The notes under the pieces were generated by a model. It was given only the letters and a program-made list of their open reading frames with translations, did no database searches and had not been told where the DNA came from. Below are positions 18,532-29,069 of a stretch of DNA of 64,000 nt, one piece after another (the stretch's first letter is position 1; each line of letters begins with the position of its first letter). Source of the stretch: a virus; the IMG/VR virus record IMGVR_UViG_3300031952_000004, positions 32,001-96,000 of that record; one strand, 5' to 3'. Position numbers and translations under genes: made by a program.

Positions 18532-19440
18532 ATGAGTGATAAAAGAGTGGATTTAGAAATAGCAAGATTAATCGGGCAACCTATTAATCCAAATCTGCCT
18601 TCGCCATTGGCGTTGACAGAGGCTTGTAACGTCGAAGCAGCAGCTCCTGGAGAAGAAATTAAAGCATTTACAGGTGATACTAGTGATATAGATGACATTT
18701 ATACTGCAGACGCAGATGGTAAATTAACGATTCATAAATGTACTCCAGTTACACCCGCTGCAGTTACTTGGGTTGGTTTACAGTCATTGTTAGAGTATGT
18801 ATTAATTAATGATGTACTTCCTAGCGAAGACCAGGGTGCATTAGCAAGAAAGAAAGCTGGAATTACTAGAGCTATGGATAAACAAGAAGTAAAATTAGTT
18901 TGTGATGCCGCATTAGGAGTAGTTTCTCAGAGAGTAACAGCAGAAGCTGGTAAAGATGTTCTTCATCGTATTATACAATTAAAGCAAAAAGTTGGAGTTT
19001 ATGGTGATAATTTTGTACTTTTAGTTGGCACAGACATTGCAGATGCAATCGATACTTATGACATTGATTATGTTACTACACATGAATATAAAATAGGTAT
19101 TAAAGATGTATTAGCTAATTTGGGAATTACAGTTATAAAAATAGTTGGCGAAGTTAATGGTGCAGTAATTTTAGGTGCTAAGAAAGGTATTTTAGTAGCT
19201 AGAAATTCTATGTTAGCTGAAGGTAGACCTATTTATTTTCTTAGACGTTCAATTAGTCCTGAAATTGCAGCTCAGATGGGAATCGAAAGTGGCGTGAGAT
19301 TAATTTCCGTTGCTCAAGTTCCTACAATTATAGATACTAAGAATACATTAGGTTATGGATGTTTTGGTTATGAAAGTTTTATGTTAGTTATAACAAACTA
19401 TAGAGCAATTGCTACTATGGTAGACTTATTAGCTGCATAA
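18532..19440 (+). CDS. major capsid protein
   Basis: 302 aa after protease/scaffold; strong SD, long leader, downstream hairpin, GCT/GCA/GGT-rich codons. Confidence 0.75.
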   Translation: MSDKRVDLEIARLIGQPINPNLPSPLALTEACNVEAAAPGEEIKAFTGDTSDIDDIYTADADGKLTIHKCTPVTPAAVTWVGLQSLLEYVLINDVLPSEDQGALARKKAGITRAMDKQEVKLVCDAALGVVSQRVTAEAGKDVLHRIIQLKQKVGVYGDNFVLLVGTDIADAIDTYDIDYVTTHEYKIGIKDVLANLGITVIKIVGEVNGAVILGAKKGILVARNSMLAEGRPIYFLRRSISPEIAAQMGIESGVRLISVAQVPTIIDTKNTLGYGCFGYESFMLVITNYRAIATMVDLLAA

Positions 19441-19455
19441 TCTTTAGATAAAAAA

Positions 19456-19490
19456 GAGGGGGATAGGTAAAACCTTCTCCCTCCCATAAA
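19456..19490 (+). terminator. hairpin followed by CCATAAA after the capsid gene
   Basis: GAGGGGGA-T-AGGT-AAA-ACCT-TCTCCCTC-CCATAAA. Confidence 0.55.
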
Positions 19491-19506
19491 ATTACTAAAG
19501 AAAAAA

Positions 19507-19998
19507 ATGATTAAGAAATTAAATAAAACTAATATACAAGATATTTATGAATTTGTTTCTAAAGTTAAAGATAAAGAAGAAGATTTTTATATTACAGAAA
19601 ATAAACAAAGAAAATTTCTAAAAGAAAATTTTAAGTTAATAGAAAAAATTTTAAAGTATCAAGAAGTATATGGTAAAATAGAAAAAGATAATATAAAAGC
19701 AATTTTTATTATATATAAAGAAAAAGGATTTAGACCTTATTTAAAAATTTTAGGCGAAACTACGGAAGATAGTTTAGATTTAATTAAATTTATAAAATGG
19801 AATTTTTCAGAATTGGAAGTATATTGTAAATTAAAAAAATATAATCCATTAACACAAAAATTACAAAGAGAAGGATTTTTTCCTATCGGAAGCAGAGGAA
19901 AAGAAATATTATTAATTAAAAAAAGTTATAAGACTAATAAAATAGTAGCAAAGGATAAAGGAGAAGAAGATGGATACCATAATAGAAAAGATTCGTAA
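19507..19998 (+). CDS. hypothetical protein, possibly GNAT-like fold
   Basis: 163-aa ORF; C-terminal KLQREGF resembles the GNAT motif B end. Confidence 0.55.
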   Translation: MIKKLNKTNIQDIYEFVSKVKDKEEDFYITENKQRKFLKENFKLIEKILKYQEVYGKIEKDNIKAIFIIYKEKGFRPYLKILGETTEDSLDLIKFIKWNFSELEVYCKLKKYNPLTQKLQREGFFPIGSRGKEILLIKKSYKTNKIVAKDKGEEDGYHNRKDS

Positions 19999-20575
19999 TC
20001 TCATTGAAGATATATTAATAACTACTGGAAGAGATGTGTTTCAATACGAATCTATAACTTCATCAAAGATTTTTACATTAACAGAAAGTAATATCTCTGT
20101 TTCTACAATAATAGTTTATAAAAATGGAATAGTTTGGGCAGGAACTAATTATTCTTATTCAACCACTACAGGAAAATTAACAGTAACGGGTACTTTAGTG
20201 GTAGGAGATTCATTAGAGATTATTTACTCATATTATGCTAAATATTCGGATAACGAATTAAGAGGATGGATTAGAGCAACATTATCTTATATTTCTGTAG
20301 AAAAATATAGAACATTTGTAGCAAAAAGTGATAATATAATTTTTCCTACTCCATCTGAACCTGAATCTAATTTAATAGCAGTTATTGCTGCAATTTTAAT
20401 AAAAGGAGATATAAGACAATATCGTACACCTGAAATAACTATTAATTTTGAACCTTCGGAATCTAAAGAAAAAAAGATTAGAAGAGCAGTTAGACAATTT
20501 AAAACTAGTTATGGAATTTTAGATTATGTTCAAATGGATAAAAAAATAGTAGAAGTAGTTGACCAAGATATTTAA
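19970..20575 (+). CDS. head-tail adaptor protein
   Basis: position after the capsid gene; IIEKIRNLI...YSDNELRGWI pattern with an inserted beta domain. Confidence 0.55.
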   Translation: MDTIIEKIRNLIEDILITTGRDVFQYESITSSKIFTLTESNISVSTIIVYKNGIVWAGTNYSYSTTTGKLTVTGTLVVGDSLEIIYSYYAKYSDNELRGWIRATLSYISVEKYRTFVAKSDNIIFPTPSEPESNLIAVIAAILIKGDIRQYRTPEITINFEPSESKEKKIRRAVRQFKTSYGILDYVQMDKKIVEVVDQDI

Positions 20576-20590
20576 TTAAGAAGGATTGCA

Positions 20591-20968
20591 ATGAATAAAA
20601 GAATAAATTTATTTGGTATTTTAAAAAATGAAAACAAACTCTCTACTTTACTAGTCTATTCTGCTCAGGAAGTAACATTAGACCCGTACGAACGAAACAC
20701 AGAAAAGAAATTTAACAATCCTTTACCAATTAAAGCATTGGTAAGGCAAATTTCTCAAGAATCTTTACGTTGGAAGTATTATGGTATGATTCCTTCAAAA
20801 TCGATTGAGGTCATAGCAGAATTAAAATATGAAACTTTATTTAAAACAGCAGATAAAATTAAATATAATGAAGAATATTATAAATGTTGGAAAGATGATA
20901 GTCAAAATTTTATGATAACTAAAAGAAACGATTACATTTTAGTTATATTAGGAATAAAAAATGATTAG
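20591..20968 (+). CDS. head closure/stopper protein
   Basis: position and size in the neck gene order. Confidence 0.5.
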   Translation: MNKRINLFGILKNENKLSTLLVYSAQEVTLDPYERNTEKKFNNPLPIKALVRQISQESLRWKYYGMIPSKSIEVIAELKYETLFKTADKIKYNEEYYKCWKDDSQNFMITKRNDYILVILGIKND

Positions 20969-21518
20969 AATAAGTATAGATTGGAAAGATGGTAAAAAAT
21001 TCGATAACTTAATTCGTTATATCGAGAATAATTTTCTTTATGCTCAAGCACAAGAAGGAATTAGAGTTTTAGGTCATCATACTGCAGATAAAATGAGACA
21101 AGTTATCGATTCTGAAAGAAAAAGACCAGATAAAGGAACTCATAAATTAGAAAATTCAATCACCGCAGAAACTTTAACTACTACAGGTGGAGTAGAAATA
21201 GGAATAGGTAGAATTTCTAAAATGACTGAAGAAGCACCTTATTGGGAAGTTTTAGATAGGGGCGGATATGTTCCAAATTATGGTAATTTAGTTCCTTTAG
21301 GAGCTTTTATTCCTGGAGAACCCATACCCAATCCAAAAAATTTTAGACAAGGAAATTGGGAAGTAGGAGAAGGAAAATATACTTTTAGAGCAACCAGACC
21401 AATCGAAGGAATTGATTATGTAGGAAAATCGATTCGCCATTTAGATTCTGAACTAAAAGAAATGATGTCTAAATTGGGTGCTAAGTTTATTGGTGATATG
21501 GAGAAATCTTCAAAATGA
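20961..21518 (+). CDS. HK97 gp10-like neck/tail completion protein
   Basis: THKLENSI...APYWEVLDRG pattern. Confidence 0.55.
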   Translation: MIRISIDWKDGKKFDNLIRYIENNFLYAQAQEGIRVLGHHTADKMRQVIDSERKRPDKGTHKLENSITAETLTTTGGVEIGIGRISKMTEEAPYWEVLDRGGYVPNYGNLVPLGAFIPGEPIPNPKNFRQGNWEVGEGKYTFRATRPIEGIDYVGKSIRHLDSELKEMMSKLGAKFIGDMEKSSK

Positions 21519-22183
21519 AAACTTGTATAGATTGTGGAAAACAAATTTATCAATATAAAAATACTGAGAGATGTCGGTCTTGTTCTAAAAAAGGCAAAAG
21601 AAATATAAATTATATACATGGTAAAAGTTCAGAAAAGAATTATTGTATAGATTGTAATATTGAGATAAATTGGAAAAGTAAAAGATGTGCTTCTTGTGCA
21701 CAAAAAGGAGTATTACATTCTCATTATATAGATGGTAGATGTTCTAAAAAATATTATTGTAAAAATTGTAACTCATTAATAAATTATAAAACATTTAAAT
21801 ATGGTAAGCAAATGTGTTTATCTTGTGCAATTAAAGAAAGATTCAAGAATCCAAGAAATAATCCTAGATTTGGTAAACCAATTGCTAATGGAAAGAGAAT
21901 TTATTATAAAAATATTTGTTTCCGTTCTTCATGGGAAGTTGTTTATGCTAAGTATTTAGATAAACAAGGTATTAAATGGCAATACGAACCAAAAGCATTT
22001 GATTTAGGAAATTGTACATACAGACCAGATTTTTATTTATCAGAAACTGATACTTATATAGAAATAAAAGGTTTTTGGAGAAAAGATGCTTTAAAGAAAT
22101 TTAGATTATTTCAAAAACTATGCTCTAACATTAAAATAAAAGTATTAATGCAAAAAGATTTAATACGATTAGGAGTATTATAA
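21515..22183 (+). CDS. homing endonuclease, CxxC repeats plus PD-(D/E)XK nuclease
   Basis: FRSSWE...YRPDFYL...IEIKGFW. Confidence 0.75.
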   Translation: MKTCIDCGKQIYQYKNTERCRSCSKKGKRNINYIHGKSSEKNYCIDCNIEINWKSKRCASCAQKGVLHSHYIDGRCSKKYYCKNCNSLINYKTFKYGKQMCLSCAIKERFKNPRNNPRFGKPIANGKRIYYKNICFRSSWEVVYAKYLDKQGIKWQYEPKAFDLGNCTYRPDFYLSETDTYIEIKGFWRKDALKKFRLFQKLCSNIKIKVLMQKDLIRLGVL

Positions 22184-22650
22184 TGAGTTATCGTATAAGT
22201 CGTAATCTTGAAGCCAGCTTAATTGATTGGCTCACAGAAGAACTTGAAGATGCTGGCTGGACGGGCATCCGTATAGAGAAGGCTTTTGCAGAAATTTATC
22301 GTGGTACTTTACCAGCTATCTGTATTAATGTAATAGATATTTCTCCTGAAAAATTAGAAATAGGAAGTAAAACTAATCTTAAATATTTTACAGTAAATAT
22401 TAGAATTTTCGCTTTGAATGATGGACAAAGACTTGACCTTTCCGATTGGTTACTTGATTTATTAGAGGATGATATAAATTATTATTCTTATGTTATTACC
22501 AATGGTCAAGTTGCTTCTAAAGATTTAACAGGAAAAATAGTTATAAGAACAATTACAAGAATGGAAAAAGAATTAACCAATACTGAAGGATTAGCTAAAG
22601 AAGATAAATATAGACATCTTATTGAATTTATTTGTTTTGTAGCTAAATAG
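22183..22650 (+). CDS. tail terminator/completion protein
   Basis: position before the tail tube; LPAICI...EIGS pattern. Confidence 0.55.
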   Translation: MSYRISRNLEASLIDWLTEELEDAGWTGIRIEKAFAEIYRGTLPAICINVIDISPEKLEIGSKTNLKYFTVNIRIFALNDGQRLDLSDWLLDLLEDDINYYSYVITNGQVASKDLTGKIVIRTITRMEKELTNTEGLAKEDKYRHLIEFICFVAK

Positions 22651-22659
22651 GAGAATAAT

Positions 22660-22863
22660 ATGAATTGGTTAGCTAATTTAGGAATAGGATTTTCTATTAT
22701 TACAGCTATTATTAACGTTTCAGTTTTAATAGCAATGAAATTTAACGACTTACATCACGTTCAAAAAGATTTAGATGAAATAAAAGAAGATTTAAAATGT
22801 TTTAGAGATAAATTTATAAAATTAGATGAAAGAGTTGCTCATATTGAAGGAAAATTAGAATAA
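22660..22863 (+). CDS. small membrane protein (TM plus coiled coil), holin-like or XhlA-like
   Basis: N-terminal hydrophobic helix; C-terminal ERVAHIEG. Confidence 0.55.
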   Translation: MNWLANLGIGFSIITAIINVSVLIAMKFNDLHHVQKDLDEIKEDLKCFRDKFIKLDERVAHIEGKLE

Positions 22864-22981
22864 ATTAAAATAAAAAGATAAGTTTTTGTGAGGAAAATAG
22901 TAATAGTAAGTTGAGTAACAAATTCTGTAAAGAAGACAGAATGAAACCAAATCATTAACAAATCAAAGGAGGATTTAAAAG

Positions 22982-24202
22982 ATGATACCCAGTAAATTTT
23001 GTAAACCTAGAATATTCCCTGCAAATTCGGCAAGAGTGCCAGAACAGGTGGATAGGCTCCAGGACATCGGAATGGATTTAACGCTTAATAGAGAAAAACA
23101 GCATGAAATCGGTAGAGTTGGTATTTTAGCTTATAAGGAAGGAACTCCAGCATTAGCTTATTCGATGAGGCAATTTGAATTTGGCGATATGGCTCTTTGG
23201 TATGCTATGGCTAATAAAGCAGGAACTCCTAATTATGTTAGTTTAGATGATTTTAAAACCAATACTTTTGACATTGCTGCATTTTTAACAGATGATAACG
23301 ATACATTTAGAGGAACAATAGTTCTTCCTAAATTAAGAGTTAATGGATTTTCTATTAATATCGGAGACCCAGATGCTATAGTTGAAAGAAATTTTGATTT
23401 AGTTGGCGAAGATAAAAAATTATTAGACGAAAAATATTATGCTTATGATTCGTTAGCAGTAATAGATGCAGACCCAATACAAACATTAACATTAGACCCA
23501 GTAGCTGTGGAATATGCAACTGGAAAATTTGTTTCTAAAGTTTTAAGAGTAAGAGCAGGAGCAGTTAGTGAATTGGAAGAAGATGCTACTTCTACCTATG
23601 ATGCAAATACTTGGAGATACTCTGCAGGTGCTGTAATTGTTCAAACATGTGAAAATAGTGATTTAATAAAAGTTTATTATGTTTCTTCAACTGCTTATGA
23701 TACACTTTGGACAGACCATAATGAACCAAGTTATTCTAACTTTTTATTGGCAGATTCTTGTACAATTCTTATGAAAGTAGGTGTTGGAGATGCTGCAAAA
23801 ATTTACCGTTTACAATCTGTAGGAACGGATATTGCTTTTGAAAGAGCTGATTATAAAGAAATAGGTAATAGTGAAATAGTTCTTCGTGGTTCTAAAACAG
23901 AAACTGTAATAATCGCATTAAATAAATTTGCTGAAGATTTAACTCTTGAAAGAATCTTAGCAGGCGGTGGTACAGATGTTTTAATCGACCCTAGAGATTT
24001 TGTTGACACTATTCAACTTAGAATAGAAGTTTATGAAGATAAAACAAAAGAAACATTTAAAATTGGTTATTTAATGACAGGACTTACCCCCACTACATTA
24101 GGTACAACTCAGGCGGTAGAAGATTATCAAGTAAGAACAACTAATTTGGAAGGGGCTAACTGTAAAATATCTCATTTAATAGCTCAATTAGCCTGGTTAT
24201 AA
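22982..24202 (+). CDS. major tail tube protein
   Basis: 406 aa; AAGGAGG SD; internal duplication (RLQ...EIG twice); downstream hairpin; position. Confidence 0.65.
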   Translation: MIPSKFCKPRIFPANSARVPEQVDRLQDIGMDLTLNREKQHEIGRVGILAYKEGTPALAYSMRQFEFGDMALWYAMANKAGTPNYVSLDDFKTNTFDIAAFLTDDNDTFRGTIVLPKLRVNGFSINIGDPDAIVERNFDLVGEDKKLLDEKYYAYDSLAVIDADPIQTLTLDPVAVEYATGKFVSKVLRVRAGAVSELEEDATSTYDANTWRYSAGAVIVQTCENSDLIKVYYVSSTAYDTLWTDHNEPSYSNFLLADSCTILMKVGVGDAAKIYRLQSVGTDIAFERADYKEIGNSEIVLRGSKTETVIIALNKFAEDLTLERILAGGGTDVLIDPRDFVDTIQLRIEVYEDKTKETFKIGYLMTGLTPTTLGTTQAVEDYQVRTTNLEGANCKISHLIAQLAWL

Positions 24203-24212
24203 AATAAATAAA

Positions 24213-24249
24213 GAAGGGAGGAGTCAATTTGCCTTCTCCCTTCCCAAAA
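24213..24249 (+). terminator. hairpin followed by CCAAAA after the tail tube gene
   Basis: GAAGGGAG...CTCCCTTC-CCAAAA. Confidence 0.55.
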
Positions 24250-24437
24250 TACTTATCAAAGGTAGGTATTCTACAAAGGCTTTTCTCATTGAGCCAATAT
24301 TAATCAATGAGAATGTAAGGTAAGAGATAATGGATATAAAAGTAAGTAAAAAATTAATTATAATACACGCAGAGAGGAAACTAACGCCTATCGTATATGA
24401 AAGGTCTGTTTCCTCTTTTTTGCTTTATGGAGAATAG

Positions 24438-25166
24438 ATGCAATTTAAATTTTGCTCAGAATGTAAAACGAGAAAATCTATAAATCAATTTCATAAATGT
24501 ATTAGAGATGGAATATCTAGTTGGTGTAAAGAATGTTATAAAGAATATTATATATTGCATAAAGAAGAAATAAAGAAATATAAAGTGAAACATTATCAAA
24601 TTCATAAAGAAGAAATTAGAGAAAAACACAAAGAATATCAAAGGATTCATATAAAAGAAATTAAACAAAAGCACCACGACTATTGGTTAATAAACAAAAA
24701 ACAATTAAGACAAAAACAAATAAATTACAACATAACTAATCGAGATAAAATTAAGCAGTATCAACATAATTGGTATATAAAACATAAAGAAAAAATAATA
24801 AAACGACAAATCGATAATGAGAAAAGCAAATATAAAACAGATATTTGCTTTAGAATTTTAAAAAATTTAAGAGTCCGAATAAGATTGGCATTAAAAGGCA
24901 ATCTCAAATCCGAAATTACTATGAAGTTATTGGGTTGTAGTATTAAATTTTTTAGAAATTATTATGAATCTAAATTTACCAAAGGTATGTCTTGGACAAA
25001 AGTAATGAATGGAGAAATCCACTGCGACCATATCAAACCCTGTGCTTCGTTTGATTTATCTAAACCAAGCGAGCAAAAGAAATGTTTTAATTACACTAAT
25101 CTTCAACCTCTATGGGCAATTGATAATTTAAGAAAAAATAAGAAGGAATTTATATGCAGCCAATAA
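24438..25166 (+). CDS. HNH homing endonuclease, family A with N-terminal CxxC
   Basis: IHCDHIKPCASFDLS...NLQPLWAIDNL. Confidence 0.8.
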   Translation: MQFKFCSECKTRKSINQFHKCIRDGISSWCKECYKEYYILHKEEIKKYKVKHYQIHKEEIREKHKEYQRIHIKEIKQKHHDYWLINKKQLRQKQINYNITNRDKIKQYQHNWYIKHKEKIIKRQIDNEKSKYKTDICFRILKNLRVRIRLALKGNLKSEITMKLLGCSIKFFRNYYESKFTKGMSWTKVMNGEIHCDHIKPCASFDLSKPSEQKKCFNYTNLQPLWAIDNLRKNKKEFICSQ

Positions 25167-25387
25167 GTTTATTAACGAAGGGTTTAATTTCTCAAAAAGG
25201 AGAAATAATAAATAATTATTTCTTCCCATTTCAAATTTCTATAGATTATGGTGAAAAAATAATTAATGTGGAAGTCGAAGATAACGAATTATTTGTATTA
25301 ATAGAACAACCAGTATTAACAGTTCAGGCAGGACAAGAAAATATAGAAGTAACTTTAGACCAACCAGATATAACAGTAAAAGATTAA
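25154..25387 (+). CDS. small hypothetical tail-region protein
   Basis: 77-aa ORF coupled to the upstream endonuclease. Confidence 0.55.
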   Translation: MQPISLLTKGLISQKGEIINNYFFPFQISIDYGEKIINVEVEDNELFVLIEQPVLTVQAGQENIEVTLDQPDITVKD

Positions 25388-25398
25388 GGAGAAAAATA

Positions 25399-25728
25399 AT
25401 GAGAAATGATATTACTTTAAAGACAAAAGAGCAGAAGGTTCTGAGCTTCACTTACAAAGATAGTTCGGGAACAATTATTCCACTTACGGGATGCACATTT
25501 TCATTAGTAGTTGAGGATGCTGATGGAGTTGAAAAAATCACAAAAACTGATGCTTCATTTGATAAATCTCAAGTTGGAGTGGGTATTGTAAAGGTAACAT
25601 TTACTGTTACAGATTTAACTTTACCAGCAGGAGTATATACCTTAGAAATCAAAACTACGTTTACTACAGGGGAAATCGATAAATCGGTTTCCTTCGCAAT
25701 GAATTTGGTGCAAGCATTAACCGAATAA
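25399..25728 (+). CDS. BppU N-terminal-like adaptor protein
   Basis: IPLTGCTFSL...GIVKVTFT.TDL...GVYTLEIK; resembles 2610..3002. Confidence 0.6.
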   Translation: MRNDITLKTKEQKVLSFTYKDSSGTIIPLTGCTFSLVVEDADGVEKITKTDASFDKSQVGVGIVKVTFTVTDLTLPAGVYTLEIKTTFTTGEIDKSVSFAMNLVQALTE

Positions 25729-25740
25729 AGAGGAGCAATC

Positions 25741-28053
25741 GTGATTCTTAAAAAAATACCTATAATTCTTGAGATTCCAGAGAATACTTGTCAAGTTAGT
25801 CCTAATTATACCGACAATATTCTTACTAAACAATTTTCAACTATTCAGGCTGCTATAGATTATGCAGTTAGCCAAAATCCATCTGAAAACGATGAGTGGA
25901 CAGTTTTAGTTGAAAATGGGATTTATAATGAACAAGTTATTATGGCAGAATATGTTGCTCTTAAAGGAAGAAATAAAGAAACATGTATAGTAGAAAGGGG
26001 TACTTTACCTCTTGTTTATAATGTAGATAATACAGTTATTAATACTATAACTTTTAGAGTTACAGATACAGATGGTAAATTTGCTTCTATAGATGGCGGT
26101 GGGTCTCAAATAGAAATACAAATCTATGATTGCTTTTTACAAGGTACAGGCGATGATAGGAATGTTTTAGAATTAGCAAATAATGTTAAGGCTTATTTAT
26201 ATGAAACAGAAGGAGATAATTGTGGTAGCGGTGATATAGGAAAAAAGATTATAACTTCTTTAGCAAGTGGTTCAAATATAGAACTTTATTTAGAAGCAGC
26301 ATACATCTGCGGTGGAATAACATGGGGTGGTGGAAATCTAATTATTTTTAACATAGAACTTTTAGACGATGCAACTCTGGACATTAATGGTGGCGATGTT
26401 AGATTAGATTATTTATGGATAGAAAATACAAGTACTTATGCTATAAAATTTAATACAACTGGAGAAGTGATATGTAAAAATCTTATTTTAGAAAGTGGTG
26501 GAGCCGAAAATACAATTCAATTTACTGCAGTTCCAAGTTATACTGAATTTACTTCTTGTTCAATTCAAAGTTCAGGACTTTATTCTATTTATGCTTTTAC
26601 TCTTATTTCTGAAGTAGTATTAGAGGCTTCATATTTAGAAAAACCAACTTATAATATTCAAACTCGAAATGTCTTTTTATATAGTCTAACCAAATTAGAA
26701 GCAGGAGATAGTGAAACTTTTACACATTCATCAGATAGTAAATATGCAAGATTAGTTCAGATTAGTAGAATTGGTTCTGCAAATTATACAGACATAGATT
26801 TTGATGAAGCAGATGAATCTTTATTTATTCAAGAAGATGCTACTAAAACTAATTTTATTGGTGGACAAGTACAATTAGCAGGAGATGCTACTTTTGTTTT
26901 GGATTCATCTGGTAATGGAAGAAATGGAGTTACTGTAAATAATCCATTATGGGTTGTAGGAAAATTAAATAATTGTTTACAATTTAATGGAACCAATCAA
27001 CAGGTAAATTGCGGAGATATAGCAAATTTTGAAAGAACACAACCATGTTCTTATGAATTTTGGTTTAATACTACTTCAGTAGATACAAGACTATTTCTTT
27101 CAAATATGGAAATGCCTACTCCTAAAGGTATGAGAATAGCTATGATGTCTGGAAATATTGACATTGGATTCTATAATTCTGGTAGTAATATTCTTAAAGT
27201 TCATACAAATTTAACCTTTAATAATGGTATATTTCATCATTGTATTATAACTTATAATGGTTCTTCTCTTGCTTCTGGTATAAAAATTTATGTGGATAAT
27301 GTTTTACAATCTATAATAATCGATAATAACAATTTAACTGCTACAATTTTGAATACTGCAACTTTTCGTATTGCAGGTAGAAGTGATTTGATTTATTTCT
27401 TTAATGGTAAAATAGACGAAGTAATAATTTATGATAGAGAATTAGATTCAGTCGAAGTTGCTAATAGATATAATGGTGGAACAGGAACAGAAACTTTATT
27501 TGGAACTGCTTATGCTCAGTATCATTTAAATGGTTCGGGTTACGATACTACTAAAGGTTGGTATGTAAGAACAAATATAAATCAAATAGATACATCTACT
27601 TGGTATACTATAGGACATATTAATATAACAGCAACAGTACCCACAAATACAAATATAAAATATTTAATTAGTGTAGACAATAAAGTAACATGGAAAAAAT
27701 GGACTGGAACAAATTGGGTTACAGTTTCTTTGGTAAATATAGATACACAAGGAAATACAGAAGCAGAAATAGAAGTATTAACAGATAGTGAATATGGATT
27801 ATTATTTGTTGCTGGAACTTTAGACATTGTAGCAAGTTTAAAAACAACAGATGCAACAGCAACTCCATCATTAAGTCAAATAGATGTTAATTATTTAGTA
27901 GGAAGTAGACATTTATGTTTTGATAATGATTTAATAATTGAATTTTTAGATGCTACCCATACAAAAATAACGAATACAATCAATCCCCCCGAAACTCTCT
28001 TTGGATTAAAAGTAAATATCTTCTTATGGGGGGGGGGCTATAGCGTAATATGA
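25741..28053 (+). CDS. tail fibre/spike with beta-helix-like N-terminus and LamG (concanavalin A-like) domain
   Basis: FSTIQAAID...GIYNE; DSSGNG...FNG...FNGKIDEVIIYDREL. Confidence 0.7.
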   Translation: MILKKIPIILEIPENTCQVSPNYTDNILTKQFSTIQAAIDYAVSQNPSENDEWTVLVENGIYNEQVIMAEYVALKGRNKETCIVERGTLPLVYNVDNTVINTITFRVTDTDGKFASIDGGGSQIEIQIYDCFLQGTGDDRNVLELANNVKAYLYETEGDNCGSGDIGKKIITSLASGSNIELYLEAAYICGGITWGGGNLIIFNIELLDDATLDINGGDVRLDYLWIENTSTYAIKFNTTGEVICKNLILESGGAENTIQFTAVPSYTEFTSCSIQSSGLYSIYAFTLISEVVLEASYLEKPTYNIQTRNVFLYSLTKLEAGDSETFTHSSDSKYARLVQISRIGSANYTDIDFDEADESLFIQEDATKTNFIGGQVQLAGDATFVLDSSGNGRNGVTVNNPLWVVGKLNNCLQFNGTNQQVNCGDIANFERTQPCSYEFWFNTTSVDTRLFLSNMEMPTPKGMRIAMMSGNIDIGFYNSGSNILKVHTNLTFNNGIFHHCIITYNGSSLASGIKIYVDNVLQSIIIDNNNLTATILNTATFRIAGRSDLIYFFNGKIDEVIIYDRELDSVEVANRYNGGTGTETLFGTAYAQYHLNGSGYDTTKGWYVRTNINQIDTSTWYTIGHINITATVPTNTNIKYLISVDNKVTWKKWTGTNWVTVSLVNIDTQGNTEAEIEVLTDSEYGLLFVAGTLDIVASLKTTDATATPSLSQIDVNYLVGSRHLCFDNDLIIEFLDATHTKITNTINPPETLFGLKVNIFLWGGGYSVI

Positions 28054-28526
28054 AAATACTTGTAAATAAAATAACTAATAAAATTATTGATTATGGAAAT
28101 GATGTTAGTCCATCTTCTGATAATGAATACGTTACAAATATTGCGTCCGACCTTTCAATATGGCAGGGTAGTAAAATTTTTTATAATTCTGTAAGAAGAA
28201 CTTTTGAAAAAGGAGATGGATTTCAAAGTTGGAATAATACTACTAGAATAGAACATCCAGTTGAAGATTTAATTGGTTACAATACAGAAAAAAATAGAAT
28301 AGAATTTTATATAAAAGAATTAGATAAATGGCTTTATTTATGGAGTGAATTTATTGCAATAACAGAAATACCTACTATACCTTATTTCTTAGAAGATTTT
28401 GAAACAGGATGGTTAGTAGAAGGTACATTTAATAATATATTTGATGAATTATTCGAAACAGAATGGTTTATAGATAATTTTTTTACAGGATTATTTGCTG
28501 AAAATTTTCAGGGAATAGATTGGTAA
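28050..28526 (+). CDS. hypothetical tail-associated protein
   Basis: 158-aa ORF with three C-terminal FxExFExxW repeats. Confidence 0.6.
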   Translation: MKILVNKITNKIIDYGNDVSPSSDNEYVTNIASDLSIWQGSKIFYNSVRRTFEKGDGFQSWNNTTRIEHPVEDLIGYNTEKNRIEFYIKELDKWLYLWSEFIAITEIPTIPYFLEDFETGWLVEGTFNNIFDELFETEWFIDNFFTGLFAENFQGIDW

Positions 28527-28546
28527 ATTAAAAAAGGAGATTAAAA

Positions 28547-29068
28547 ATGAAATCAGATTGGACTATTACAGGAACAGGTGGTCAAGCAGTAATTGATGAA
28601 GGTGGTTCTAAAAGATGTCAATTGACTGCACAAAAAACGATGTTATGGAATGGTAGAAATAATTTACTTAATGCAGAAATAATTGGGCAAATTAAAGTTG
28701 GTAGTAATGCTAATTATGCTGGGGGTTTTCTTTTAAGATGTGATAGTTCATGCAATAATGCTTATAATTTAAGAGTTTCTGCAAATGGTTCGGTAAAAAT
28801 TTATTATATATATCGAATATTAAATGGAGTATGGACATCCTTAGCAATTTCAAATTCGTCTGAACAATATGGAGTATATACCAAAGTAAGATTTAGAGTA
28901 GATGGAAATCAAATTTCAGTAGAAGAATGGATTACTGGAGTATGGAATTTAATACAGTTAGTTACAGATAATTATGTAACCGTTGCTGGATATGCAGGAT
29001 TAAGAGGAGATAGTTCAGCAGGTTATAGTGTACAATTTGATAATATTGAGGTTAATGAGAAGGCATAA
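28547..29068 (+). CDS. concanavalin/lectin-like beta-sandwich virion protein
   Basis: ends GYAGLRG...VQFDNIEV. Confidence 0.6.
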   Translation: MKSDWTITGTGGQAVIDEGGSKRCQLTAQKTMLWNGRNNLLNAEIIGQIKVGSNANYAGGFLLRCDSSCNNAYNLRVSANGSVKIYYIYRILNGVWTSLAISNSSEQYGVYTKVRFRVDGNQISVEEWITGVWNLIQLVTDNYVTVAGYAGLRGDSSAGYSVQFDNIEVNEKA

Positions 29069-29069
29069 A

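Noticed and set aside
28028-28053. Phase-variable fusion of 25741 with 28050
   Set aside because: TAG at 28041 blocks the downstream frame
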